The notes: generated by a model from the sequence alone, not told the origin. A stretch of DNA of 64,000 nucleotides from Reichenbachiella sp. (GCA_051531955.1 JAOPTS010000069.1:20079-84078); one strand, 5' to 3'. Positions 37,483-48,366 are shown, counted from the first letter of the stretch. Numbers and translations are program-made.

Positions 37483-38688
37483 GTGGCTAAAATTATAATC
37501 ATCGGAGCGGGGGGGGTGGGGCGTGTGGTAGCTTTTAAATGTGCTCAAAATAGTTCGGTTTTTTCTGAAATTGTTTTGGCCAGTAGAACCAAATCCAAGT
37601 GTGATGTCATCGCCAACGATATCAATAGGGAACTAGGAGTAACCATCAAGACAGACCAGGTAGATGCTGATGTTGTCCCCGAATTAGTAGACTTGTTTAA
37701 TAAAGAAAAGCCTCTATTGGTAATCAATGTTGCATTGCCTTATCAAGACCTAACGATTATGGATGCGTGCCTCGAATCAGGTGTGCATTACTTGGATACT
37801 GCTAATTATGAACCTAAAGACGAAGCTAAGTTTGAATACAGCTGGCAGTGGGCTTATCAGGATAGATTCAAAGAGGCAGGGCTTACTGCTGTTTTGGGTT
37901 GTGGGTTTGACCCAGGGGTGACTAGTATTTTTACTGCATATGCTGCCAAGCATCATTTTGATGAGATGCATGAACTAGATATTGTGGATTGTAATGGAGG
38001 TGACCATGGTAAAGCTTTTGCCACGAACTTTAATCCTGAAATCAATATCAGAGAAGTTACTCAAAAAGGAAAATATTGGGAAGGTGGTCAATGGGTTGAG
38101 ACCGAACCACATCAGATTCGAAAGGAACTTACCTACCCGAATATTGGAGAGCGTTCTAGTTATGTCATCTATCATGAGGAACTAGAGTCGTTGGTAAAAA
38201 ATTACCCAACTATAAAACGAGCAAGATTTTGGATGACATTTGGAGATGAGTATTTGACACATCTAAGAGTGATTCAAAACATCGGAATGGCGGGTATAGC
38301 GCCAATAGATTATGAAGGAAAGCAAATCGTGCCTTTGCAGTTTTTGAAGGCTGTGTTGCCTGACCCTGGCAGTCTGGGAGACAACTATGTTGGTGAGACC
38401 TCTATCGGTTGCCGTATCAAGGGAATTAAAGATGGTAAGGAAAAGACTTATTACATATATAATAACTGCAAGCATAAAGATGCCTTTGATGAAACGGGCA
38501 CACAAGGAGTGTCATATACAACTGGAGTACCTGCTATGATAGGGGCCATGATGGTCGTACAAGGCAAGTGGTCTGGTGCAGGTGTCTATAATGTAGAGGA
38601 GTTTAATCCTGATCCATTTATGGAAGAGTTGATGATAAAAGGGTTGCCATGGAATGAGCAGCATGACATAGACCTAGAACTAGGCTAA
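37483..38688 (+). CDS. Carboxynorspermidine/carboxyspermidine dehydrogenase (saccharopine dehydrogenase family)
   Basis: GAGGVG, NVALPYQD, YLDTANYE and GCGFDPG motifs; adjacent to nspC; GTG start at 37483 preferred. Confidence 0.92.
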   Translation: MAKIIIIGAGGVGRVVAFKCAQNSSVFSEIVLASRTKSKCDVIANDINRELGVTIKTDQVDADVVPELVDLFNKEKPLLVINVALPYQDLTIMDACLESGVHYLDTANYEPKDEAKFEYSWQWAYQDRFKEAGLTAVLGCGFDPGVTSIFTAYAAKHHFDEMHELDIVDCNGGDHGKAFATNFNPEINIREVTQKGKYWEGGQWVETEPHQIRKELTYPNIGERSSYVIYHEELESLVKNYPTIKRARFWMTFGDEYLTHLRVIQNIGMAGIAPIDYEGKQIVPLQFLKAVLPDPGSLGDNYVGETSIGCRIKGIKDGKEKTYYIYNNCKHKDAFDETGTQGVSYTTGVPAMIGAMMVVQGKWSGAGVYNVEEFNPDPFMEELMIKGLPWNEQHDIDLELG

Positions 38689-38689
38689 G

Positions 38690-39820
38690 ATGAATCGAAA
38701 TGAATTACCTTCCCCGTGTTATGTGTTAGAGGAGGAAAAATTACGGAAGAACTTATCATTGATTAAATCTGTGTCCGAGCGATCCGGTGTTGAAATCATT
38801 TTGGCCTTCAAAGGGTTCGCGATGTGGAGTGCCTTTCCTGTTGTGAAAGAATATGTGTCTGGTGCGACTGCCAGTTCATTGCATGAATTGATGCTCTGCA
38901 AGGACTATATGAAAATCAAAGCACATACCTATTGTGTGGCATATCGTGAGGATGAAATAGAATCGATTCTAGATGGCTCTTGTCATATCACATTTAATTC
39001 ATTAGCGCAATATCAAAAGTTCAAAAATCATGCGATAGACAAAAAAGTGTCGATTGGTCTCAGGGTAAATCCAGAAGAATCTGATGTAGAGGTAGCTTTG
39101 TACAATCCTGCTTCCCCTCACTCAAGATTAGGTGTTACACAAGGTGAGTTGGATTCTACTGATGTGCTTGATGTGGAAGGGCTACATTTTCATGTGTTAT
39201 GCGAATCAGGTGTGTCGAGCTTGGAGAAAGTGTTGGCTGCTGTTGAGAATAAATTTGCAGACCTACTGAAACAAGTGAAATGGATCAATATGGGTGGTGG
39301 GCATCTAATGACACGTCAGGGATATGATGTGGATCGTTTGGTAGAGGTGTTAAAAACTTTCAGTGAAAAACATGATGTCAAAATAATATTAGAACCCGGA
39401 AGTGCTTTTGTGTGGCAGACGGGGTGTTTGCAGACGCAGGTGTTGGATGTGGTGAATAGAAATGGTGTGGATACTGCTATTATAGATGCGTCGTTTACAT
39501 GTCATATGCCGGATTGCTTGGAAATGCCGTATAGACCGCAAATTGATGAAGGTTATCAGGACGAATCAAAAGGTAAGTATCCATACAGATTAGGAGGGTT
39601 AAGTTGTTTAGCAGGTGACTTTCTTGAAAAGTACAGTTTTGATCAGCCTTTGGTGATTGGAGATACGATTACTTTTCATGATATGATTCACTATACCATG
39701 GTGAAGACCTCAACTTTCAATGGTATTCAACACCCTGCCATAGCAATTCAGAAGACGGGAGGGGATATTGATGTAATCAGAACGTTTGACTATGAAGATT
39801 ATAGAGCTAGGTTGTCCTAG
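38690..39820 (+). CDS. nspC: Carboxynorspermidine decarboxylase
   Basis: LAFKGFA, HFHVLCE, NMGGGH, CHMPDCLEMPYRP and HYTMVKTSTFNG motifs. Confidence 0.94.
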   Translation: MNRNELPSPCYVLEEEKLRKNLSLIKSVSERSGVEIILAFKGFAMWSAFPVVKEYVSGATASSLHELMLCKDYMKIKAHTYCVAYREDEIESILDGSCHITFNSLAQYQKFKNHAIDKKVSIGLRVNPEESDVEVALYNPASPHSRLGVTQGELDSTDVLDVEGLHFHVLCESGVSSLEKVLAAVENKFADLLKQVKWINMGGGHLMTRQGYDVDRLVEVLKTFSEKHDVKIILEPGSAFVWQTGCLQTQVLDVVNRNGVDTAIIDASFTCHMPDCLEMPYRPQIDEGYQDESKGKYPYRLGGLSCLAGDFLEKYSFDQPLVIGDTITFHDMIHYTMVKTSTFNGIQHPAIAIQKTGGDIDVIRTFDYEDYRARLS

Positions 39821-41653
39821 TTATTGTAGAACGATTCGTTTCATAATGATTCGATCCTCTACATGAAATCTCAAAATGTAAATTCCTTTGTTGATAATGT
39901 TTAGGTCTATCTGCTTTGAGTTGCCTTGTAATACCCTTTCTCCTAACATGTCATACATTTCGTATTGTTCAAACAGCCCATCAATCTCAACATAAGAGTT
40001 CGCAGGGTTTGGATATAAGGTGATTGGAGAAAAAGCAGGAGTGTGGAAGGTTAGTACTGTATCTTCTTCAATGTTCGCTTTGGCAAATATAGCTCTGAAC
40101 ATCAGTGAGCCTTTCACATTGTCAATTGAGTTTTGCTCCCAATCATTTCCAGTTTTAAAGAATATCCTGGAGGCAGTATTTGTGTTTTTGTCTAATCCAA
40201 TTGCTACATAGTTGTTGGTGAACTGTGTCATTGAAATATAGAATGTATCAGATATTATAATAGGTTCGTCAAATTCAAATCGTACGAATTGGTTGATGGT
40301 ATCTGAATAGGTAACAGAGAATTCTTGTCCCAATGTTGTAGTATCTGTTTTTTCGGTTAAATCTTTTAGCACTCTGATTGATAATGTGCCTGGGTCAGGA
40401 AGCGGGTAGACTACAGGGAAGTAGATGTCTACAGCTGTCACTGTATCTTGAACAGGAGTAGAAAATTGAACGGCTAACTGACCACCGGATTGATTGATGC
40501 CTGCCACATACTCTGCAGAGCCATCATCATAGGCTAGTGTCTCGTGAAGATTGAAGTAAACTCGACTAGTGTCATTCTCCGTGCGAACTAGAGGGATTTC
40601 ATTATTACCTGACATGATGAATTCTGAATATAAATACAATGAGTCGTTTGAGGCATAATCTAAGAGATTGTCATAAGAGATGATTACACTCTCTTTTAGT
40701 TCTATTATTTCATTAATTGCATAAGCCTCAAAAGTGTAAGAAGAAATTATATGAGAATCAATAATGTTGTCTGTCTCTTGTTCCAATATGCGGAAAGTTA
40801 GGTCTACTGTTGTAAAAGCATCTCGAAGGTTACTTACATAGGCAGAACTTGTTTCCATAATGTCTTCCGAATAGGCGAAGAAATGGTCCATTGGCATCAT
40901 TGTTATTTCCTTAAAAATCGAACTGACTGTAGTAGAAATAGCGACATCCTGTACATCTCGAAAATTCTCTTTGTCCAAAGTGATGTAATCTACATGCCAC
41001 ACATCATAAGGTCCTTTGGGGTTGCCACTTGAGACGAATTTGAACTTGAATCCGCTATGTAAATACTTTTGATCCTTGATATGTATTGATTCATATTGAA
41101 ATTTCCCTGTTCTATTGTTCTCATTCCCAACAAAAGAGGAGTCTCGATCAACCCAAATACTGTCGCTTCCGAAAAAACTAAGTATCAGTTGGTCTTCTGA
41201 TTCTGGGTTGTCTCCATGTCCCTCTTGCTGCCAGTAGAATGTAAGTTTGACACTATCCTCAACGCCCAAACCTGATAAATTGATCGCTTTAGAGATCAGT
41301 GAATCCGAACGTAATGGAGACGGGGCATCATCACCTGGGTTATGCGGGTTTCCGAACTGATTCCAGCCGTCAAATGTGGCCACATTTATGGATGGCGGGG
41401 CAATTCCGATACTTGAATTGACCATCACATCTAGATAGGTCGAATCCCATTTGTTGTTATCGGCAACATAAATGCTCTGTGAAAAGTCCTCGAAAAATGG
41501 TAAAATCAAGGTGTCTTCAGTCATTTTAATCCTTGCCTGACTGTTATTTGAGGTTGGTGATAGAGAAAATGGCCTTTCTATCAATTGCCCCAAAGTGATC
41601 GTTGTATGAGCGACGCACATTCCAATAAGTAAGGCAAGTGATAACTTTTTCAT
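39821..41653 (-). CDS. T9SS type A sorting-domain protein
   Basis: Signal peptide; LPFFEDFS and LAYDDGSAE motifs; CTD YPNPA..GIYILR..KRIVLQ. Confidence 0.85.
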   Translation of the reverse strand: MKKLSLALLIGMCVAHTTITLGQLIERPFSLSPTSNNSQARIKMTEDTLILPFFEDFSQSIYVADNNKWDSTYLDVMVNSSIGIAPPSINVATFDGWNQFGNPHNPGDDAPSPLRSDSLISKAINLSGLGVEDSVKLTFYWQQEGHGDNPESEDQLILSFFGSDSIWVDRDSSFVGNENNRTGKFQYESIHIKDQKYLHSGFKFKFVSSGNPKGPYDVWHVDYITLDKENFRDVQDVAISTTVSSIFKEITMMPMDHFFAYSEDIMETSSAYVSNLRDAFTTVDLTFRILEQETDNIIDSHIISSYTFEAYAINEIIELKESVIISYDNLLDYASNDSLYLYSEFIMSGNNEIPLVRTENDTSRVYFNLHETLAYDDGSAEYVAGINQSGGQLAVQFSTPVQDTVTAVDIYFPVVYPLPDPGTLSIRVLKDLTEKTDTTTLGQEFSVTYSDTINQFVRFEFDEPIIISDTFYISMTQFTNNYVAIGLDKNTNTASRIFFKTGNDWEQNSIDNVKGSLMFRAIFAKANIEEDTVLTFHTPAFSPITLYPNPANSYVEIDGLFEQYEMYDMLGERVLQGNSKQIDLNIINKGIYILRFHVEDRIIMKRIVLQ

Positions 41654-41659
41654 AATGAA

Positions 41660-42526
41660 TTATTGAACTTCAAGATCAAGAGTAGGGGCTACAATTTGGG
41701 AAGAGTCGATCTCAACCATCCAAAGGTCAATACTTTGACCAATTCTAGCAGTTTTTGATGACTCAGGGTTTTGTTTATATACTTTCCCAGGTTCAACGTT
41801 GATCGTTTTTGTCTCGAACTCACCTTCGCTGTTTCTCTTTTCGGTCGTGTATAGACCTTCACTCTTGTAGAAAATTTCACCTACTTTTAGCCCATTCCCT
41901 CTTAATACAAAAATAGCTTCTTCTAAGTCAAGGTTTTTGAGCTCTAGCATTTGAAAGGTTTGATTACCTAATCCGTCTCCTACTTCAAAGTCTACTTTTG
42001 AACCTTTTGGAATAGTCTCTCCACTTTGGATGATTTTACCTTTGTGGTATTGATTCAAAATTGTGTTTAAAGCATAATCTGGTTCGTATCTAATTTCACC
42101 CAAGGCTAAACCAAGACTTCTTAATTCTAATTGCGCATTTTTAAGTGAGCGACCTTTCAAATTAGCCATTTTGACAACTGGAGGGTTCTTGGCATTAAGC
42201 GTGACGTATATTTTCCTGTTCTCTTTTACTTTCGAGTTGGGTAAAGGGAATTGTTTTAGCACGGCTAGGGCAGGGTGCTTAGCCGAATAACCAGAATCAG
42301 GCTCCACTTGATACCTTAGGTCTCTGTCTTCTAAGAAATCATCCAGATCGTCTAGCATCACGCCTTCTAGGTTGGGCACGGTCAAACTCTCTCCGTGATT
42401 GGTGATCATCGGGAAGTAGTAATTGAATACACCATACACCACCACTATGATCATGACAGTAGCTGCCGCAAAATGTTTTAGGAGGTCTTTGTTTGTAGTG
42501 GGCGTTGTAACTTTTTCTTCACTCAT
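41660..42526 (-). CDS. PASTA-domain membrane protein
   Basis: TM helix then TNHGESLTVPNLEG, QFP..KVKENRKIY and further PASTA repeats. Confidence 0.88.
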   Translation of the reverse strand: MSEEKVTTPTTNKDLLKHFAAATVMIIVVVYGVFNYYFPMITNHGESLTVPNLEGVMLDDLDDFLEDRDLRYQVEPDSGYSAKHPALAVLKQFPLPNSKVKENRKIYVTLNAKNPPVVKMANLKGRSLKNAQLELRSLGLALGEIRYEPDYALNTILNQYHKGKIIQSGETIPKGSKVDFEVGDGLGNQTFQMLELKNLDLEEAIFVLRGNGLKVGEIFYKSEGLYTTEKRNSEGEFETKTINVEPGKVYKQNPESSKTARIGQSIDLWMVEIDSSQIVAPTLDLEVQ

Positions 42527-42640
42527 AATTTGTAGCGTAGTGGGACGGCAAATTAATACCAAATTAGATAGGCAAGGAAATTATTTTGAAATAAGTAGGA
42601 AGAGATCAATCAATTAAAAGTTATTTTTAGATTTGCCGCT

Positions 42641-43732
42641 ATGGCAAATGATAATAAACTCAATGTAGCAATATTGTTTGGTGGTAAATCTGCTGAACAT
42701 GAAATTTCTCTTCGTTCCGCTAAAAATATTATTGAGGCACTCAATACCGAATTGTACAATCCTATACTAATAGGAATCAGTAAATCTGGACAATGGTTGT
42801 ATAATGATGATGAGCCTTTGATCTTAGGGGAAGGGGAAGCCTTGCATTTGAATGAAAAAAGTGTTCATGTATCACTCAATCCACAATGCGAAGGGAAACT
42901 GATTGCTATATCTGATGCTACATTTGAGAAGTATATAGATGTGGTATTTCCGATTCTGCATGGACCTATGGGAGAGGATGGTGCAATGCAGGGGTTGTTG
43001 AAGTTGGCGGATGTGCCTTTTGTAAGTGCAGATGTATTGGGCTCTGCTGTTGGAATGGACAAGGACATCATGAAACGTCTGTTGAGAGATGCTGATATTC
43101 CGATAGGAGATTATTTGGTGATTAGGTCGCATCAAGTCAGACCGACTTTCGAAGAGGTAACTGGTAAATTAGGCTTGCCATGCTTTGTCAAACCAGCCAA
43201 TTTGGGATCTTCAGTAGGTATCAATAGAGTGGATACCAAAGAGGATTATACCAAAGCCTTGGATGAGGCATTTTCATTTGATAGAAAGATCATCATCGAA
43301 GAGTTTTTAGACGGGAGGGAGATCGAATGTGCCGTATTGGGTAATGAAGAACCTAAAGCATCTATACCGGGAGAGATATCATTTAGCCATGACTTTTATT
43401 CGTATGAAGCCAAATACTTGGATGATAAAGGGTATAAAATAGATATTCCTGCTAAGATTTCTCAAGAACAAATTGCTACAGTACAACAAATGGCCATTGA
43501 TGCTTATCAAGTATTGGAGTGCGAATGTTTTGCTAGAGTAGATGTGTTTTTGACAAAGGATAATCGTTTGTTGATTAATGAAATCAATACGATTCCTGGA
43601 TTTACCAAAGTGAGTATGTATCCAAAGTTATGGGGAGCTACAGGTATCAACTACACAGATTTGATTACCGAACTGATCAAGCTAGCGATAGATAGACATG
43701 GAAAACAAAAAGCAATCAGAAGTTCGATTTAA
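42641..43732 (+). CDS. ddl: D-alanine--D-alanine ligase
   Basis: GGKSAEHEIS, HGPMGEDG, GSSVG, YEAKY and EINTIPG motifs. Confidence 0.96.
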   Translation: MANDNKLNVAILFGGKSAEHEISLRSAKNIIEALNTELYNPILIGISKSGQWLYNDDEPLILGEGEALHLNEKSVHVSLNPQCEGKLIAISDATFEKYIDVVFPILHGPMGEDGAMQGLLKLADVPFVSADVLGSAVGMDKDIMKRLLRDADIPIGDYLVIRSHQVRPTFEEVTGKLGLPCFVKPANLGSSVGINRVDTKEDYTKALDEAFSFDRKIIIEEFLDGREIECAVLGNEEPKASIPGEISFSHDFYSYEAKYLDDKGYKIDIPAKISQEQIATVQQMAIDAYQVLECECFARVDVFLTKDNRLLINEINTIPGFTKVSMYPKLWGATGINYTDLITELIKLAIDRHGKQKAIRSSI

Positions 43733-43747
43733 ACCTTCATTAGATGC

Positions 43748-43779
43748 TAGATTACTGTTGTCTAACGGCTTGTAATCTA
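43748..43779. terminator. Hairpin between convergent ddl and the M43 protease
   Basis: TAGATTAC...GTAATCTA outer stem with an inner CTGTT/AACGG stem. Confidence 0.6.
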
Positions 43780-43780
43780 A

Positions 43781-46700
43781 TTATCTAACTATCATGATTT
43801 TTTGACTGTCAGAGATGTTTGAGTTATAGACGTTGAGAACATAGAGTCCACTCAATCCAGCTAATCCTCTGATGGTATGAATTTGATTGAGGATGTTCTC
43901 TATTTTTTCCTCGTAGATAGTTTTACCACTCATAGAAACGATTCTGACTGTAAGGTCTTGTTTACTGCGATAGTTAAACTTGATGTTCAGATCATCTACT
44001 ACAGGGTTAGGAAACACTCTTAATTTTGAACTCAGATCAATAGTGTCTGGATCAGTAGTGTGATACATTTCCATATTGTCTAGGTAGATATTGTTCCCTT
44101 TTTGACTTGTGAAGGCAAATGAAAGTCTCAAATTGGTTTCATAGGCAAACTCACTTAGATCTATTGATTCTCTCCGCCAATCGTCTTCTGTTGTGGGTTC
44201 CCAAATTTCTCCATTTTCTGAAGTAGAGAGATTGACTCCATTTTTATCGTATACGATATGATCAAACATCAATCCACAATTAGTGGAGGCAAGTACCTGT
44301 AACCGGTCATTGAATCCTGACTGATAGGCGTAGGCCACATCAAACTGTAACGTAGCTTCTTCAGAATTGACATTAAGAGATGGACTGGTGAAGTAATTGA
44401 CTGTGCCCGCATCGATTTCAATCTTGGTGTTGTCGATATATAATACCCTATTCAATTCTATTAATTTGTATTTCCAATCACTAGGGTTGTCTCTTCTGAG
44501 AGTGGTCCAACCTCTCACTTCATCATCACTAGCAAAGTATATTTTGAATGGCGTGTCTTCTTCGCTATCATCCAATACATAATTGAGACTCATTTCATTA
44601 TTTCTTGGGTCCAAGTCGGTTTCACCATTGGGTAATGAGATTTCGTAATTAACCGTACCGTCTTCAAATAGTAATTGTTCGTGTTTAATTATAAACCCTG
44701 TCGTCTTGCCTGGTAATATATCTAGACCATTATATACTTCCGTAACAGAATTACCTCCTAGGTCATAGGATAAGGTAAATTGGGTAAGGTTTTGAAATCC
44801 AAGATTTCGTACGTTGACCTGCGCTTGAAAACTATTGATACAGGAAGAGATAGGGATGTTATCGACCGATTCGATTGATATGTCATGATCTAATATGTTG
44901 TCGGTAGTAATCTGAATATCATCGATATACATATTGTTTCCGCTACCGTTACTTCCCACTATTCCAATCACGACACTTTCTTCATTGATGAATTCTCCAA
45001 AGTTGATATTGATTTCTTTCCAATCTCCAATTCCTGACGGAGTGTAATTCGTGTTTGATGAATTGGTAGTAGTTAGATCGTTTGCCCAACGTTCGTATAC
45101 CAAATTTTCTATTGGGAATGTAGTGCCGCAATCTGTAGAGATGATAACCGCTAATCCATCATGTGTGAAATCTGGATGGTTGGAAAACGCCATTTTAAAA
45201 GATAAATCAACAGAGGCAATGCCTGTAAGGTTTAGTACGGGGCTTGTTAAAAAGTCTCTTTCTCCTAAACGATTCGGATCACTTCCGAAATAGTTTAAAA
45301 CAGCGCATTCATTAGTGTTGTCACCATTGTTAGCTGTCGTGTAAAACCATGATGAAGCATTCGTTTCATTGCTTATATTCCAATCTGTTTGGTTTGAATC
45401 TACAGCCCCAGTGAAGTTCTCTAGGATGGGAATGTTTTGCTTAACAGGGAATAGAATGGTAGCCCATTGGCAATCATTATCTTGATTGCCATCAGTAGTG
45501 TTGTTAACAGAAGTTACTTTGAAAGTGAAATCTTCTGATCGACTAGCGAGACCTATATCCGGTAGTTCAATTTCTAACAACCCCAATGGCTCGAGTGTAT
45601 GCTCAAAAGGTGGTACGTCTACGGTTTCTTCTCCAAACGTAAAGTCAATTGTGAAGTCCGTAATGGTATTAGTACCATAATTCCGAACCAATAGTGCAGG
45701 AGTGAAGCTTGTTTCACAAGAGCTGACTGCTGGCGAAAGTATAGATACTATTCCCAAGTCATTGTCTACTTGGATCGGTTCATCTTTTGCCTTACTGGTT
45801 AATAAACTTTCTCTTCTGGGACTGTTTTCCAAAATAACACGCATTCGGTTCTTTTGATCAGTAGTGAAGAGATTCATACAGACATCATCAGTATAATCCA
45901 TGTAGTTTTGAAACATGTCATTGCTGCTACACGAGAGTTCTGGGTGTATTGGACACCCTGAACTTGATGATGATTGAGCAGGAGTGTCATCACAATAATC
46001 ATCTACTGAACATCCTCCATCTCCCCAAACATGTCTTAAACCCAGCCAATGACCTGTCTCATGTGTGACTGTTCGTCCTTTGGAAAAATCAGCCGCATTA
46101 AAACCTGTACCGAAGTACTCATAATCTGAGTAGACTCCATCTGTTAATCCATAAGATACCAAGTCGTTATTGTCGTTGTGATTGAGTCCGTCTAGGTTTG
46201 AGAGAGGGAACTGTGCAAAACCAATGGTGTCACCAGTAAGGTTAGTGACCCAGATATTGAGGTAGTCTTCAGCTGGCCAAGCACTCTCATTTGCCAACTC
46301 CAAAGCATTACTGATGCCATAGGATTCTCTAGACCCTTGAGTCCGTAGAATACCGCTCGTGGGCAACCCTTCTGGATCTTGTTTTGCTAATACAAATTCT
46401 ATTCGTGTATCTGCTGCTACACCTATGAAATCACTTGGAGTGTCGCTTGCGTCAGCATTGTTTCTTCTGAAATCTTCGTTGAGCGTAGCAATTTGTGCGA
46501 GAATTTGCTCATCAGGAATATTAGAGCCTATACCAACAGCTTCTCCTTGATGAACGATATGTACCACAACGGGTATTGTTAGTACTTCGTCAGCTAAAAT
46601 AAAAGCATTGTTTTGTTGTAATCTTTTCGTTTGGATCTTTTTATTAATCCAATCTTCGAAACCTTTCGTATGCGTCTCAGATTCTTTGAATTGATATATT

Positions 46701-46795
46701 TGCTCATTGAATTTTACTGTCCCGCATTTATCTTGCGCGATACTTGGCGAGATAATCCAAAGAGAGAGAAGAATGTACAGTAGTGATTTTTGCAA
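43781..46795 (-). CDS. T9SS-secreted M43 (ulilysin/pappalysin-like) zinc metalloprotease with repeated beta-sandwich domains
   Basis: Propeptide KCGT, HETGHWLGLRH, Met-turn NYMDY, two ISTDCG/ASTNCG modules, CTD VFPNP. Confidence 0.9.
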   Translation of the reverse strand: MQKSLLYILLSLWIISPSIAQDKCGTVKFNEQIYQFKESETHTKGFEDWINKKIQTKRLQQNNAFILADEVLTIPVVVHIVHQGEAVGIGSNIPDEQILAQIATLNEDFRRNNADASDTPSDFIGVAADTRIEFVLAKQDPEGLPTSGILRTQGSRESYGISNALELANESAWPAEDYLNIWVTNLTGDTIGFAQFPLSNLDGLNHNDNNDLVSYGLTDGVYSDYEYFGTGFNAADFSKGRTVTHETGHWLGLRHVWGDGGCSVDDYCDDTPAQSSSSSGCPIHPELSCSSNDMFQNYMDYTDDVCMNLFTTDQKNRMRVILENSPRRESLLTSKAKDEPIQVDNDLGIVSILSPAVSSCETSFTPALLVRNYGTNTITDFTIDFTFGEETVDVPPFEHTLEPLGLLEIELPDIGLASRSEDFTFKVTSVNNTTDGNQDNDCQWATILFPVKQNIPILENFTGAVDSNQTDWNISNETNASSWFYTTANNGDNTNECAVLNYFGSDPNRLGERDFLTSPVLNLTGIASVDLSFKMAFSNHPDFTHDGLAVIISTDCGTTFPIENLVYERWANDLTTTNSSNTNYTPSGIGDWKEININFGEFINEESVVIGIVGSNGSGNNMYIDDIQITTDNILDHDISIESVDNIPISSCINSFQAQVNVRNLGFQNLTQFTLSYDLGGNSVTEVYNGLDILPGKTTGFIIKHEQLLFEDGTVNYEISLPNGETDLDPRNNEMSLNYVLDDSEEDTPFKIYFASDDEVRGWTTLRRDNPSDWKYKLIELNRVLYIDNTKIEIDAGTVNYFTSPSLNVNSEEATLQFDVAYAYQSGFNDRLQVLASTNCGLMFDHIVYDKNGVNLSTSENGEIWEPTTEDDWRRESIDLSEFAYETNLRLSFAFTSQKGNNIYLDNMEMYHTTDPDTIDLSSKLRVFPNPVVDDLNIKFNYRSKQDLTVRIVSMSGKTIYEEKIENILNQIHTIRGLAGLSGLYVLNVYNSNISDSQKIMIVR

Positions 46796-46855
46796 ATTTA
46801 GTTAGGGTTAAAAACAACAAGTTCTCAACGAGGAAAGTGAAGTATTATTGGGTGA

Positions 46856-47119
46856 TTATTTAACAGGTTCCGTATTGGTCGCTTTGATAGACTTCACTTC
46901 TGGAGCTACTCTTTTTATCGCCTCTTCGATTCCTGCTTTCATCGTCATATGAGACATAGGGCATGTTTCACATGCTCCTAATAATTCTACAGAGACCACA
47001 TAATCATCATCAATATCAACTACTCTTACATCACCACCGTCTGTCTCTAGATACGGACGGATGGTAGTGATTGCTTGGTTGACTCTTGTTAGTAGCTCTT
47101 CTTTTGTGTTAATATCCAT
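46856..47119 (-). CDS. NifU/Nfu C-terminal-domain Fe-S carrier
   Basis: IRPYLETDGGDV..GACETCP. Confidence 0.92.
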   Translation of the reverse strand: MDINTKEELLTRVNQAITTIRPYLETDGGDVRVVDIDDDYVVSVELLGACETCPMSHMTMKAGIEEAIKRVAPEVKSIKATNTEPVK

Positions 47120-47140
47120 TTATCTATCAAAAAAGTAAAG

Positions 47141-48229
47141 TTAGTTCATTTGTACCACCTTTGTCTTTTCACCAGCAGCATTTCTTATGGCTACTTGTCT
47201 GGCAACTGACTGTGCCAATTCTGTAAAAGCATCTTCCGTTATTCCATCTTTCATTACAGCAGGATAACCACTGTCACCGCTTTCTCTGATAGCTTGTACA
47301 ATTGGAATTTCACCTAAGAAGGGTACTTCTTCTTTTTCTGCTAATTCTCTACCACCATTTTGACCGAATATATAATACTTATTGTCAGGCAATTCTTCAG
47401 GAATGAAATAAGCCATGTTTTCTATTACTCCCAATATCGGCACATTGATTTGTGGCAGTTTAAACATTGATAAGCCTTTTTTAGCATCTGCTATTGCTAC
47501 CTTTTGTGGGGTTGTTACTATAACTGCACCAGTCACGGGCACAGACTGTACTAGAGTCAGATGAATATCACTTGTTCCAGGAGGAAGATCAATCAATAAG
47601 TAGTCTAACTGACCCCATTTGACGTCACTTATGAGTTGCTTCAGTGCAGAACTAGCCATAGGGCCTCTCCATACAATAGCATTGTCTTTTGGTGTCAAGA
47701 ATCCAATGGAGATAAGTTTAACACCGTATTGCTCGATTGGTAGGATCAAATTCTTACCATCTTCTGCCAACATCTGTGGTTGCTCATTCTCGCAATTGAA
47801 CATCGTTGGAATAGATGGTCCGAATATATCAGCATCAATAACACCAACACTTGCACCCGTTTTAGCGAGTGCTACTGCTAGGTTAGCTGTAACAGTTGAT
47901 TTCCCAACTCCGCCTTTTCCAGAAGAAACTGCAATAATGTTTTTTACATCAGGAAGTGTGAACGAAGAATCTCTTTGACTCGTGACGTTAGCTGTCATGT
48001 CTATGTCAATTTCCAAGTTGTCACCCAAAGCATTGATGGCATCTAAACAATCATTTTTTATTTTTTCCTTTAATGGACAAGCAGGAGTAGTTAACTCTAC
48101 TTGGAAACTTATCTTATTACCTACCACCTTAACATCTTTAATCATGTTGAGTGTAACAAGGTCTTCTTTAAGGTCTGGATCTTGCACGTTACTTAGTGCA
48201 GCGAGGATGTCTTTTTCTGTAATATTCAC
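47141..48229 (-). CDS. mrp: Mrp/ApbC Fe-S cluster carrier ATPase
   Basis: LTTPACP, GKGGVGKST, WRGPM and DLPPGTSD motifs. Confidence 0.95.
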   Translation of the reverse strand: MNITEKDILAALSNVQDPDLKEDLVTLNMIKDVKVVGNKISFQVELTTPACPLKEKIKNDCLDAINALGDNLEIDIDMTANVTSQRDSSFTLPDVKNIIAVSSGKGGVGKSTVTANLAVALAKTGASVGVIDADIFGPSIPTMFNCENEQPQMLAEDGKNLILPIEQYGVKLISIGFLTPKDNAIVWRGPMASSALKQLISDVKWGQLDYLLIDLPPGTSDIHLTLVQSVPVTGAVIVTTPQKVAIADAKKGLSMFKLPQINVPILGVIENMAYFIPEELPDNKYYIFGQNGGRELAEKEEVPFLGEIPIVQAIRESGDSGYPAVMKDGITEDAFTELAQSVARQVAIRNAAGEKTKVVQMN

Positions 48230-48366
48230 AACTATTCTCTGGAGTAATTCAAATTTGCTGCAAGTTAAGTGATATAGTCTTTTTGAATCATATTTTCAGA
48301 TAATTTCGTACTAGATTTGTAGTGTTTAAGACCCCAAAGATAATTACCCAAAGAATTTAGGATCTA

